A program made the position numbers and the translations under genes. A stretch of DNA of 64,000 bases from Guillardia theta CCMP2712 (taxonomy: Eukaryota > Protista > Cryptophyta), in contig NW_005434673.1 in assembly GCF_000315625.1 (NCBI RefSeq), forward strand, positions 520,270-584,269, written 5' to 3'. Positions 36,552-48,529 of this stretch are shown in pieces; the stretch's first letter is position 1; each line of letters starts with the position of its first letter. The notes under the pieces were generated by a model that worked only from the letters and a program-made list of their open reading frames with translations, had not been told where the DNA came from and did not search any database.

Positions 36552-39500
36552 ATGCAGAAGAGCATTCAGAGCTACTTCCAGGCTCGACCCGGGACCCTGC
36601 GGGTAGGGGCGAAGGTGGAGAGTTTGAAGACAAGCAAGTGCGGAGAGGTGGTGAAACTCTCGAGAAACGACAAAGTAAGTAGCCTGCCTCTGTCCTGTGC
36701 CGTGAGCAGGATGGACAAGAAATGAGCAACATGGGCCCACGCGCTGAGGTGGGAATCGCAGGGTGTGTCGGAGGCAACAGTCTTGCTTGCCAACGGTGAG
36801 AGGATGGTCGGGTCTTCGATCATCGGGAAGGACTTCAACTTGAGAGAGGTGATGATGTCTTCGTGGCGCTGACCGCATCATGTTGACGGCACTTGTTGAC
36901 CACGATGCTCGGAGTACGGCCCTGGCAGCATGAGTGATGAACGATGCAGGATGCTGGCGACGGCTCGGGCAAGGACAGCAAGTGGGTCAGCCCGACCAAG
37001 AAGCCGCCGGTCTGCGTTGACTCTTCGCTCCCTCGCATTACAGCCCTCTGCTTCTTCCACCGTCCTGTGCAACTTACTATAGATTGATCCTTCTCCTTAG
37101 CAGGAAACCATTCCCAAACCCCGCAGCCCAGCTGAAAAGAGTCCGGCGGGCACAAGGAAGGTCCAAGACATCATCTCGCCTTCCAGCAAGAGTCTCGACT
37201 CGCTCCGACTGCAGTCGCCCAATCGATCGCACAATGCCCTGGCCTCCTCCTCCTCCCCCCTTGCCCTGAGCGTTTCGCCCCCGACAATCAGGAAAGGCAA
37301 GGAAACGGAAGGAAAGGGAGGAAGCAGCAGGCAGCAAGCGTCTCCCTCCTCCAACCAAGGAAAGCAGCAGGCCTTGAAAGGAGCGACAGCTCCTGCTGAA
37401 GCCTCCAAGAAGAGCTTTTGGTGCCGCTAGATATTGAGGGGGAGATGGAGACAGGGGACGAGGGAAGGGGTGGGGGAGGAGGAGAGATGGAAAGGCGCAC
37501 AGAGGAGAAGGGAGGGAAGGAGGGAAGGAGGGAAGGAGGGAAGGAGGAGGAGGATTATAAATTGACTTGACGCAAAGGTGGTGGCTAGAGGATCAGCATA
37601 TCAAGGATGCGAACCAACGACGACCGACTGACCCCGACTATGACGCATCGAGCGGTGGAATGCTTGTCTTCCTTCCCTCTCCTCCCTCCTCCTCCTCCCT
37701 CTCCTCCTCCCTCCTCCCTCTTCCTCCCTCCTCCCTCCTCATCCGTCTTCCTCCCTCCTCCTCCCTCTCCTCCTCCCTCTTCCTCCCCCCTCCTCCCCCC
37801 TCCCCCTGTCGCTAGTCCTTTCTTCCTCACGTCTATATGGATCTCCTCAGCACGCTGACCCGTGCTCAGTGTTCGTGCCGCCGGACAGCTTCAGGGAGAT
37901 GACGAACTTCCAGCAGCAGGTGAGCAGCTGGGGTTGGACGCCAGCTGGGGGTCTTGACGTGACGATGGGCGGCAGTACTGGAACATCAAGAAGTGCAACT
38001 TCGACACCCTCATCCTCTGCAAGCTCGGCAAGGTGAAGCAGCGGAGTTGCAGACGTCGGGGGGTCGTGTGTGTGTGTGTGGAGGTAGGGAGGGAGGGAGG
38101 GAGGGAGGACAGCGGCTGAAGGCAGGGGAGAGGGGGAAGGAGGGCGGGACAGTCAGGCCGGATGCCGAGGATTGCTCCTTCCTCCTGCTGTCTCGCCTGC
38201 AACCCTGACTCTCATCCCTCGTCTTCTCCTCCTCCTGTCGCTCCTCGTTGGTCGAGCCGTCACTCCCTGACCATGATGCTCGCCTGCAGTTCTACGAGCT
38301 CTACGAGCGAGACGCACTGGTCGGGCACAAGGAGCTGAACCTGAACTTCACTCACGGGGGAAGAGACCCCAAGAACCCCAGGAGGATGATGTGCGTGGGA
38401 GTGCCTGAGGCTTGTGTGGAGGCGACTGCGAGCAAGATCGTTGCGTTGGGATATAAAGTGGTGAGGAGAGGAGAGGAGAGGGGGAGAAGAGAGGAGAAGA
38501 GAGGAGAAGAGAGGAGGAAAAGTCGAAGTGGATGACGCAAGTTCGCAGGGGCTTGTGGAGGAGATGGAGAAAGCGACGTCGATGAAGAAGATCGCGGACG
38601 GGAGAAAAGTATCCTGAGCGCTGCAAGACACGACGGGAGGCTGACGTGTCTCGCAAGGTCTGCGAGCGATCGTTGCGGAAAATGTTCACGCCAGGGACCC
38701 TCTGCGACGAGGAGCTGATCGGCACTCACGAGGTCTGTCTGAGTTAAGAAGTGGGAGAGACCAAATGAAGGAGGAAGGGAGGGGGAGAAGAAGAGAAAGG
38801 CTGGGAGAGGAGGAGGGGGAGGAGGAGGAGGAGGAGGAGGAGGAGATTTTCTTTTGATGCCTCTTCTTGGGACCTGCTGGAAGATCTCGATCGATACGCA
38901 TTGATGTGTCTGCTGTGACTCTTGTCGCTCCTATTGTCATCTGAATGATGTTTATCTTACTTGTTCTGTGCCCTCTCTTCTCTCTTCTCTCTCCTCCTCC
39001 TCTCCTGATCTTCTCCTCAGTCAAGGCCCCTCGTCTCTGTCTTCCTTCTCGAAGAGTCCAGGACGTCCGACGACCCCCACCTCCAGCTGGGTTTCTGCTT
39101 GGTTGACTGCACAACGGGGAGGTCGGAGGGCTCAGCAGCTTCTCTCCAGCTCATCTCGTCGCAGGCTGTTGGTGGGAAGTTCAGACGTAAACGACTTTGA
39201 GGTTCTTCTGCGACAGTACACGCCGTACGAGGTGATCCTGCTGCTACTGCTACTGCTACTTCAATGCCGCCGCCGCCGCCGCCGCTACTGCTGCTGCTGC
39301 TGCTCCTCCTCCTCCTCCTCCTCCTCTTGTTCATTGCTCCCTTCCCTTTCCTCACCTTCAAGGGCTCCAGGTGCTGCATCCTCGTGGTCGCATGAGCAGC
39401 TTCCTGAAGAACATCATCCGGAGGTGCGTCCCTGCTGCCTCCTGGACCTCCCTCCCCATGGGGATCAAGGTATAACCATCTATTTCCTCCTCCTCTTGCT

Positions 39501-39982
39501 GCTGCTGCTGCTGCTGCTGCTGCTTCTGCTTCTGCTGCTGCTGCTGCTTCTGCTTCTGCTGCTTCTGTTGCTTCTGCTCCCCCTGCCCCTGTCCCTGCTC
39601 CACCGGGTGTTGAGCCTTACGCCTGTTGGGGTTCTCCTTCCTCTTCTCGCTGCTGATCAATCTGCTCTTTTTCACAAAAGGAAGGAGAGTTTTGGCCGAG
39701 CAGAGTGGCGCTGGAGAGACTATCCTCACAGGAGGAGGAGGAGCAGGAGGAGCAGGAGAGGACGAGGCTGTTCCTTTCACGCCTGAAGGAAGACGAACTA
39801 GCAGCCAACGCGGTAGGAGGAGTCTTGTCGTACTTGGAGAAGATCGGAAAGAGCACAAGCGTGCTGGCGATGCGGAAGTTGGAGTTTCTTGAGGAGGTCC
39901 GGACGACAGCGAGCAGGTAGAGAAGAGGGAGGGGACCAGGGAGACGAGGGTAGACGAAGGAGACGAGGAGGAGCAGGAGCAA

Positions 39983-40025
<43 letters not shown>

Positions 40026-40387
40026 TGTTGGTGGTTAACACAAGGAGGGGGGTGGTGTGATGGCGAGGAGCTGACAGGAGTTATGTCAGGCACATGCTCC
40101 TTGACTCGCAGACTCTGTCCGGGTTGAACGTGCTGGAGCATCCGCAGGAGAAGAGGAGGGGAGAGGCGACATGCCTGTGGCACTACATCGACCGTAATGA
40201 ACTCTTCTTGCTCGAGGAGGACAAAGGGGTTGGAGGGTGGGGGCGAGGATGGGGGAGGAGGAGGAAGAAATAGAGGAAACTACAGGAATCAGGAAGTAAG
40301 GCAGAGAGAAAGGAAGCAGCAGGAGCGAGGATAAAGGAAAGCAGGAGCGTGCAATTGACAGCAGGAGCAAGAAGGGTCGGACGGGGA

Positions 40388-40422
<35 letters not shown>

Positions 40423-42899
40423 GAGTTGACGCTGGTGCAGGGGCGGCCACCTCCTTCGGCAAGCGGCTGTTGCGCTGGTGGATCGCTCGCCCTCTGGTGA
40501 GGAGGGAGGACATCAGAGCCCGGCTGGACGCCGTTCAGAACCTCCAGCTGGAGGACCTGGCTGGGCAGCTGCAGCAGCTCATGGCCAAGATGCCGGACCT
40601 TGAAAGGAAGCTGGCGCGCGTGCGGCAGCACAGCAGGAGGCAGGAGGAGGAGCAGGGGGTGGCAGAAGCCTCGGCAACGCAGAGGAGGATGGTGCGGGAG
40701 GTTGTGCAGCTGCTAGACGGGTTCCGGTTGGTCCAGGGAGTGGCGGAGATGCTGGCGGAGCGACAGGAGGAGGTGGGAAGAGGAGGAGGAGGTGGTGGTG
40801 GTGGTGGTTGGCGATGTTGGTGCTAGTGGAGGTGGTGGGAGGTGGAAGCATGGGGAGCATGGGAAGAAGGAGCAGGAAGAGGTGGCAGTGATGGCGGGAA
40901 GGGAAGGGGATGAGGCGGGAGGCAGAAGCAAGGAGGAGCAAGAGGAGGAGCGGGGGAGAAGGAAGGGGAAGAGGAACGGGACGTGTGCTCCTGACGTACT
41001 CTCGCTGGCAGATCTCTTCTCCTCTCCTCCTCAGCCTCCTCCGCAACCTCCCTGACACTTCCTCCGTCATCGAATCGGTCTCTTCCAAATTCGACATGCC
41101 CCTGGCTCGCGAGAAAGGCTCCCTCTCCCTCCTTCCTGGCTTCGATCGGTCTCTTGACGACAGTCTTAGGCGGAAGGTGAGATGGGGGAAAGATTTGGGA
41201 GCAAGCCGGGAAGGAGGAGGAGGAGGACAGGGGAAGGGTTAACGAAGGGGAGGAAAGGAAAGGGCAGATAAGGTGGCAATGAGCACAAGAAGGAGGAGGA
41301 GCAGGAGGCTATGGCATTCAGTGACCTGAAGGGAGTGCAGGAGGATGTGGACAAGCAGCTGAACGAGTACCTGCTGGAGGAGAAGAAAAGAACCTCCTGC
41401 TACAAGATGAGATTTGCCTCGAGCTCCAAGGACCCCTTCCTCCTTGAAGTCCCAGCTGATTTCCCCTCCTCCTCCGTACCCGACCACTTCGAGCTGCACA
41501 GCGCGAACAAGTCGTGCAGGAGGTACATGACAGAAAGGCTGCGCGGTTTGCTCGTGCAGCTGGAGGGGGTCAAGGAGGAGGCGGACGACTTGCACCGTCG
41601 GGCAATGGGCATGCTCTGCTGCGAGCTCGATGGCTCCTTCCCCCTCCTCTCCCGGGCTGTGGCATGCATGGCGGAGCTGGACGCCCTCTGCTCCCTCGCC
41701 AGGGCCTCCGTGAGCTCCGACGGGCTTCCCATGTGCAAGCCGGAGGTGCTGGAGGAGGAGGAAGGAGGCGGGAGCGGCGCTCCAGTCTTGCAGGTCAAGG
41801 GGATGCGGCACCCCTTCCTTGCAGGGTCGGGAGGGACCTTTATCCCCAACGACATCGAGCTTGGGGGAGGAACGAGCTGCCTCCTCCTAACGGGGCCCAA
41901 CATGGGGGGCAAGTCGACGACCCTGCGGCTCGCCTGCTTCTCCGTGATCCTGGCTCAGATCGGATGCTACGTGCCGGCCGAGATCATGCGCTTCTCTCCT
42001 GTCGACCAGGTCCTCACGAGGCTCGGAGCAGGAGATGACATCCTCCGGGGCCTCTCGACGTTCATGGTGGAGATGCGCGACGTGTCCGCCATGCTCTCCT
42101 CCTCCTCCCGTCACTCCCTCGTCATCATCGATGAGCTGGGGAGAGGCACAAGCACCTTCGATGGCCTCGCCATCGCCTATGCCGTCCTCAAAGACTTGGT
42201 GCTCCTCCTCTCCCCCAGCCCTCTGCTACTTGTTCCTCTCCTGCTGTGCCCGTTCTTCGCCTCACCCCTTGCCTCACTTGCTCCCTCTTCCCTCGTCCTC
42301 TTCCCTCCTTCCAGTTTCGTTCTGCTTGTCCTTCAGCTCTCTCTCTCTCTCTCCCTGACATCCGTGCTAGGTGGACAGGGTTGGCTGTCGCACCCTCCTC
42401 AGCACTCACTATCATCTCCTCGTCGACGAGTTCCGCGAGGACTCGCGAGTCGCTCCCATGCACATGGCGTGTAGGGTCGAGGAGGAGACAGACAGACTGA
42501 TCATGCTCTACAAGCTCACGCCGTCGGCATGCTCCCGCTCCTTTGGTGAAAACTTTCTCCTCCTCCTCCTTCTCCTCCCTCCCTTCCCCTTCCCCTCACT
42601 CCCTCCCAGGTCTCGAGTGCGCAAGGGCCGCAGGCATCCCCCAGGAGCTCCTCGGGAGAGCAGCAGAGGCTTCACGGGGGCTGGAAGTGAGCACGAGGAG
42701 CAAGAGGAAGCGAGAGGACCCTCCCTCCTCTTCCCCGAGCAAGAGAAGCTGCAAGGAAAGCGCCAGAGCGAGGAGCCCACAGCTCAGCAGCTTCCGGAGG
42801 ATCTGGCAGGAGATCCCGCAGGGGGATCGAGCGCTGTCGGGGAAGGAGGCATTGATGGCCTTCAACACCCTGACGAGGTTGTGGGTGGAGCAATCTTGA
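36552..42899 (+). CDS. MSH6: DNA mismatch repair protein MSH6 (MutS homolog), many exons
   Basis: N-terminal PIP box QKSIQSYF, DPDYD, QYWNIK, GKFYELYERDA (Phe-X-Glu), GVPE, TPGT, TSFGKRLLRWW, GPNMGGKSTTLR, STFMVE, DELGRGTSTFDG, STHYH, SFGLECARAAGIP. Confidence 0.92.
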
Positions 42900-43004
42900 T
42901 CAAGATTCTATTGAGACACTCCCTGCTACCTCCTCTCCGTCCCCTCTCCTCCCCCTCCCTGCCACCCGCCTTCCCGCCTCCCTTCCTCCCTAGCAGGGAC
43001 CTTA

Positions 43005-43044
<40 letters not shown>

Positions 43045-43076
43045 CCCCTCCTCCCCTTCCTCCGATGTCGTGAACC

Positions 43077-44463
43077 TCAGCTTGCTTCTTCCCGCTCTAG
43101 CGCCTCCTCTCCGAACACGACGGAAAGGTCCACCTCCGCTTCTCCCCCTCCTCCTCCTCCGCTCGAGACCATCCGAAACTCCCGGAGTAGGCGAATGGTT
43201 CTCGCCATGTCCTCAGGCGCCGCGCCGCTGAAGCTCATCCTCTTCCCGCTGGTGGGATGCGAGAAGGACAGCAGGCAGGAGTGCAGCGCCTGTCGCTCGA
43301 TGAGCAGCTGCGAGGAGCTCAGGCTCTGCTTCCTCTCCCCCATGTCCCGCGGCTTCACGACGTCCCCAACCTTGAGCTTCCTGCCCCCGTATACCTCGTC
43401 CCCCACGATCGGGTGCCGCAGGTGCGACAGGTGAACGCGGATCTGGTGGGTGCGGCCGGTGAAGAGCTTCAGCTCAACCAGCGTGAAACCCTCGTACCTC
43501 TCCCTCACCACGAAGCCCGTCTGCGACGCCTTCCCTCCCCTTCCCGCACACTGCAAACTTGATGGGGTCGTAGGGATGCCGGCTGATGGGCAGGTCGATC
43601 AACCCGCTGTCCTCCACCACCTCCCCGTGCACGAGGGCAATGTACCGCTTCCTCGTGGACCGCAGAGCAAACTGCTCGTACAGGCTCCAGTGAGCAAACT
43701 CCGTCTTGGCCGCCACCATCACCCCTGTCGTGTTCCTGTCCAGCCGATGGACGATGCCCGGCCTCGCGTTCTCTGCTCCGACCTGCGACAGGCTGCCGCT
43801 GCTCCTGTGCATGAAGTGCCATGCAAGCGCGTTCACAAGGGTCCCATTGGGAGCTGTCGGGCAAGGATGGACGACGAGGTCGGACTGCTTGTTGATGACA
43901 ATCACGTCCTCGTCCTCGTGAATCACTGCAAGTGGAATGTCCTCGGGCGGCATGTCGTTGCCAGGTGGAGGAGGAAGGTTGACGACGACGGTCTGACCTG
44001 CCTTGAGCTTCTGCGCTGGCTTCGGGGTCTTGCCGTCCACCAGGACGCATTCGGCCTTGATCATCCGGTTGAGGGAAGACCTCGAGAGGATCGAGATCCT
44101 CTTCGATAGGAACGTGTCCAGACGCTCGCTGCTTCTCTCCTCGTTGGTGATGCAGACTGTCACTTGGGTCTCGTCGTCCGATCGCTCGAAGGCTTGTCGC
44201 AGAGCATCGTTGGTCAGGACCGCTGGAACTCCCCCGATCAGAATCGTCGTCCTCGCCGGCTCACTTGCTTGACCTGGAGCTACCGCACAGCTCCGCAGGC
44301 TCCTTCCTGCCATGGAAGCATGTCTGTACCGGAGAGGCGAGAGGAAGGGGGCGGGAGCAGAAGTGAAGGGACAGCAGAGCCATGCCAGCTTCTCTCCCTC
44401 CCCTCCTCCTCCTCTCGCCCACATCGCCAGCCATGGCAGCCATATTCCCCTGGCCCCCCGCAT
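43077..44463 (-). CDS. rluD: RluA/RluD-family pseudouridine synthase with S4 domain and N-terminal extension; intronless, with an apparent 1-nt frameshift at ~43537-43540
   Basis: ERLDTFL (S4), VINKQSDLVVHP, GTLVNAL, GIVHRLDRNTTG (catalytic Asp); second frame gives TGRTHQIRVHL, PIVGD.YG and RQALH. Confidence 0.85.
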
Positions 44464-44972
44464 GAAAAATCTCTCTGGTATCCGCTCGAGTATCCGTGTG
44501 AGTATCCGGCATCCGGATACCCGGGCCCGTGCCCGGACGGTGCCAGGATCAGCCTCCCGGCTCCCGGATAGGCTCACTGACCGTCCGCTGCTCGGAGTAC
44601 GCGGCGGGGCCAAGGCTCCCACCACGGACTCACTGCAGTGCCGCGCGGCTATGGCCGGACTGGGAACCGGGTACGGTCGACCTCATGATCGTCGTTGCCC
44701 GGCACTCAAATCGGGAGCAGCGCCGGACTACCGTACCGTACTGCCTACGGTAGTACGGCCCGGCCGGTACCGTACCGGGTGACAGTGACCAGCTTGGCCC
44801 CCGGGCCAGTACGCCGGTGACAGTGAGTGCGGGCCTGGTGACCCCCACGAGGCGCGCCGGCCGGGCCACGCCGCGGGTACTGAGGGACCGAGTCACAGAG
44901 TCACGGGGGAGTCTCTGTCAAGCAGTACGGTGAGCGGCTCCCGGCTCGCCCCATGATGCCATGCCATGATCA

Positions 44973-45900
44973 TCCGATGCTGAGAGCCTAGTAGTAAGCT
45001 GCTTCAAGGGATGACAATCACAATCTACACTCAGTTTAACAACAGTAGCTACGGTTATCGTATTACATTCAACTTGCAAGCCGCCGCACTGGCACTGGGC
45101 AAGTTTCCGAGGGCCTGTCGGAGTCTCGCACCGTGTGCGGCAGACCGTCGCGCGTCACAGGCTGAGTCGCCGCCCCGGGAGCTCCGGAAAAATCGCTCGC
45201 AACAAATTCAAACTTCCAGGTTCGTCGGATGAACAACGGAACCCTGAAGTACCCCCACCTGAGTCCCTGGTTGGACTGCGGAAGAGCTCAGCCAGAGTCT
45301 CCAGAAGCCGCTTTTCATCACGGACTTGGAGTCTTCTCAGAGCTATCTTTGACATAGCACTCCACAACTTCATCAAAGCATCGACCATCACAGCGTACAC
45401 AGTCTCACACTTGTAGTCCCACCGAACTGCGATCAGATCCGGCCTGTCACGTGATAGTATGCTTCACACCAAAGCTCCTCCTGCGATGACCCATACGCCT
45501 TCTCCCAGTCCTCGCTCTCGTACCCCCCCGTCCCTGAGCTCGACGTCCTCCCATCCTCTGACTGCGACTGAGACGTTGCTGAGCCCCTCCCATCCCGCTC
45601 TCTCGCCTTCCCTTCCAGCTCCATGAAGAACTCCTCCTGCAGCTTCTCCAGATCGCACAGCGACCTCTTGCGGGCGTAGGGCCACTTCTTGACGCCGAGC
45701 TTGCGGCAGGTGTTCTTGAGAGCTGTCAGGGAGATGCCGAGGATGTCGGCGGCCTCGGACTGCTTGAGGTGAAAGAGCTTGGCTATCTGGGGGAGGGAGA
45801 CCTGGACGGCAGTCCTGACTTCTTCGTTGCCAATGCTTCGCCTTGGGAAGATAGCAGCGAGGGGCTCAGTGTCGTGGGGGGCATGGGGATCAGTCATCCT
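44973..45900 (-). repeat. Left arm of ~0.92-kb inverted segmental duplication
   Basis: Its reverse complement matches 48530-49444: near-identical over the CDS, with indels toward the distal end. Confidence 0.95.
45433..45897 (-). CDS. RWP-RK domain transcription factor (copy 1)
   Basis: VSLPQIAKLFHLKQSEAADILGISLTALKNTCRKLGVKKWPYARK. Confidence 0.88.
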   Translation of the reverse strand: MTDPHAPHDTEPLAAIFPRRSIGNEEVRTAVQVSLPQIAKLFHLKQSEAADILGISLTALKNTCRKLGVKKWPYARKRSLCDLEKLQEEFFMELEGKARERDGRGSATSQSQSEDGRTSSSGTGGYESEDWEKAYGSSQEELWCEAYYHVTGRI

Positions 45901-47744
45901 TACTATCGTTTGCCGTTAGCTGACCAAATGTTCACTTCAGAAGGTAGCGAACAATCTCTGTTTTCCAAAGCACCAGGGCTAGCTAGGTTGGAAGGGAAGG
46001 TATGTGTATGAACTCAATACCGCGATCGCGCAAGATACCGAGAAGGCTAGGCTAGCAGAGAGGAGACTTGATCCAGAGAGCAAGATGTGATAACCGGAGC
46101 GGCCCAGCTAGGCAGCGAGGAGAGGAGGGGGGAGCTGGGCAGGAGTATGCGTCAGGAGTTGTGGAATCCGCTGCACGACGAAGGGAGCTGGCTACCCAAG
46201 GCCCATTTTACTGCTGGAGATATCTGCCCTAGGGGGTGGGGTAGTAGGGGAATGGTGCCACCCACCTTCCCGGTTCCATTCAGGGAGTCAGGGAAACATC
46301 GGGGGGGGGGGGGGTTGAGTACCCCCTTATTGCCGGAGGAAACGTTGGGTGGTGTTGGATTACTCATGTCTCCTTGCAGTTCAATCGACCGCTCTAGAAT
46401 CTGTTTGAGACCTGGGGGGTAGGGGTCCAGATGCTGAGAATAACGCCGTGTAGTAAAATCTTGATACTCGGATGGGTGGTCGCGGCTTTCACAAGGGCGC
46501 CGGAGTTCTGATCTTTCGAGCCCAAGGGGGGTGGGGTGGGGTGAGGTAAGGGGTGTAAGACGGAGGGGTGATACGGGAACAATCACAAGTGAGGGTCACA
46601 TCATAACGACTGTCTGCTATAATGGTGCACCCACCCTACCCCTTCCCTACAATAATGGTCCACCCACCCCATCCGTTCGGTTCAATAACGTCAAACTCCG
46701 TTCGAAGAGATCGCAGTCGAAACTCTTTCCTTGGGGTCACTGGGTATGTCTGCTGAGTTGGGTGGGGTAGGGGGTCAGATTTTTAAAATAAAAAATTCGC
46801 TAGAGGTCAGCTTTGGGGTAGGGTATGTGCAGCTATCCTTGACTCAGTAGTGAAGCTAGTGGCCTTTTCTCACCCAAGGCTTTCAGGGGCTGAGGGGGGC
46901 TGAGGGGTTCCTGGGACCCAGGGGGGGTGTAGGGGAGATCCGCAGCGGTTGACCTCCCGATCTCGAGATGTCATTTGATTCACTGAGTCAGTAGTAATAA
47001 TGATAAAAGTCCCTTTCGGCTGCAAGATACAAACCCGTGGAAGATCACAACAAATATTCTTTATTATTATTTTGACTGAAAAAGCCTGAGATCTGTACTG
47101 CACCGGGGCCCGGCGACTCAGGTGAGGACAGCAGCCCGGCGAGTCGCCGCCGCCGCGAGTGACGCGGCCGCCGGAGTCGGCGCCGACGGTACTCAACAGA
47201 GTAACGTGATCTCTTTGGAGCCTTTACTCAACAGAGTTGAGTGATCTCTTCGGACGGATCCCCTGGGCCCCGCCAAGAGGCACCCCGGCCCGAGGGTGCG
47301 CATCTCTTCAGGAGGGGTCATTTATAAGAGATTGGGGGGACTTCTTGTGGGGAGGGGTGGTCACAGCTGAGTCAGCCAGCAACTTGACTACACCGGAAAG
47401 AGTCGGAACCCAGAGTGCAAAAAAATGCAGGTGATCACCCCACCCTCCCTGTAGCCAGGAAACAAACATAACCCCAGAAATGATGGTACTTTGAGTGTAG
47501 AAATGAGGGGTACAATGTGAATCCTAAACCACCCCTCGAACCAAATACGCCTCTGTACTCGGAGCGGGTACTATGATTCTTTACTCAAAGTTAAGTGAAA
47601 AATCAGTACGAGGACAATCAGGAGAGTCGAGGAGGCTTGACCCTGACACTGTCGCACAGGCCAAACGGCGAGAAGAGAAAAGACAGCGAGAACCAAACCT
47701 AAACCTGCCGACTGCTGTCCCCCAAACTTAACTGATACCTTCAC

Positions 47745-48260
47745 TTAACGGCGCGCAGGACAAGTCCCCCGCGCGGCCATGCCAGCGATGTCGCGGTGGC
47801 CGCCGCCGAAGGAATGAGACGCATACCGGGATGCACCCGCGATGATGGCAGCGTAGGACAGGGAGGCCTTGAGCTGACGGAAGATCCTGGACCGGATGCG
47901 TTTGCAAGTCGGATCACCTGAGACGTCTTGCGAGGCCGAGAGACCATCCAGCGCTGCCGTTTCCTTGTTCGCCGAGCGATCCGCCAGCCACCACAGAAAG
48001 CGCAACGCATCGTCCTGCAAGAGGCCATCAGTGCTGGCGATGATGGGAAGAAAGGCCTTTGGCGGGACGTGCTGAGCATATGCATTACGATGCCCTCGGA
48101 TCTTCCGCTGTGCTGCCGCTTGCAGTTTGCTCCGAGCGAGGTCCGGTATTCCATCATTGTCAAAAACATGTGACATGCTGAAGTCCAGGATTAACCCATG
48201 CCATCCGCCGCCAGTAGCCGGGTACAGTACGGTTTCTGTGTAAGCCCTCATTTGGTCGTA
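47745..48260 (-). mobile_element. 5'-truncated non-LTR retrotransposon relic (restriction-like endonuclease C-terminal domain, CRE/R2/NeSL-type)
   Basis: LILDFSMSH..AAAQRKIRGHRNAY..FLPIIASTDGLL..ALRFLWWLA resembles the RLE region of early-branching LINEs; no RT domain is visible. Confidence 0.55.
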
Positions 48261-48280
48261 CCTCCATCCCCTGGAAATGC

Positions 48281-48344
48281 GCGGCTGAGGACCCCTCCCC
48301 CTTCATCGCTCCGCGGCTGAGGACCCCTCCCCCTTCATCGCTCC
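48281..48344. repeat. Two-copy ~32-bp tandem duplication (GCGGCTGAGGACCCCTCCCCCTTCATCGCTCC) at the truncated end of the LINE relic
   Basis: Directly visible. Confidence 0.9.
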
Positions 48345-48529
48345 TCTTTGTACTGCCTCGCTCTCCTCCTCCTTCTGTGCTCATCACTCAGGCCAGCCCG
48401 GGCCGAGCAGCTCAGGCAAACCTGCCGCTTCGCCACATCATCTCATCGAGCAAGGGCTGCCACTTGCTTGCTTTCGTTGTCTGCTGGAGCACAAACTGAG
48501 CCCTCCCCACTTCACCATCCGTTTTGACG

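Noticed and set aside
36164-36725. His-rich or Ile-rich protein upstream of MSH6
   Set aside because: CAT repeat artefact; the plausible start is the PIP-box Met at 36552.
45155-45400. Second small ORF within the duplicated arm
   Set aside because: It is frameshifted in the right arm (extra C near 49118) and has no recognisable motif; probably 3' UTR or a relic.
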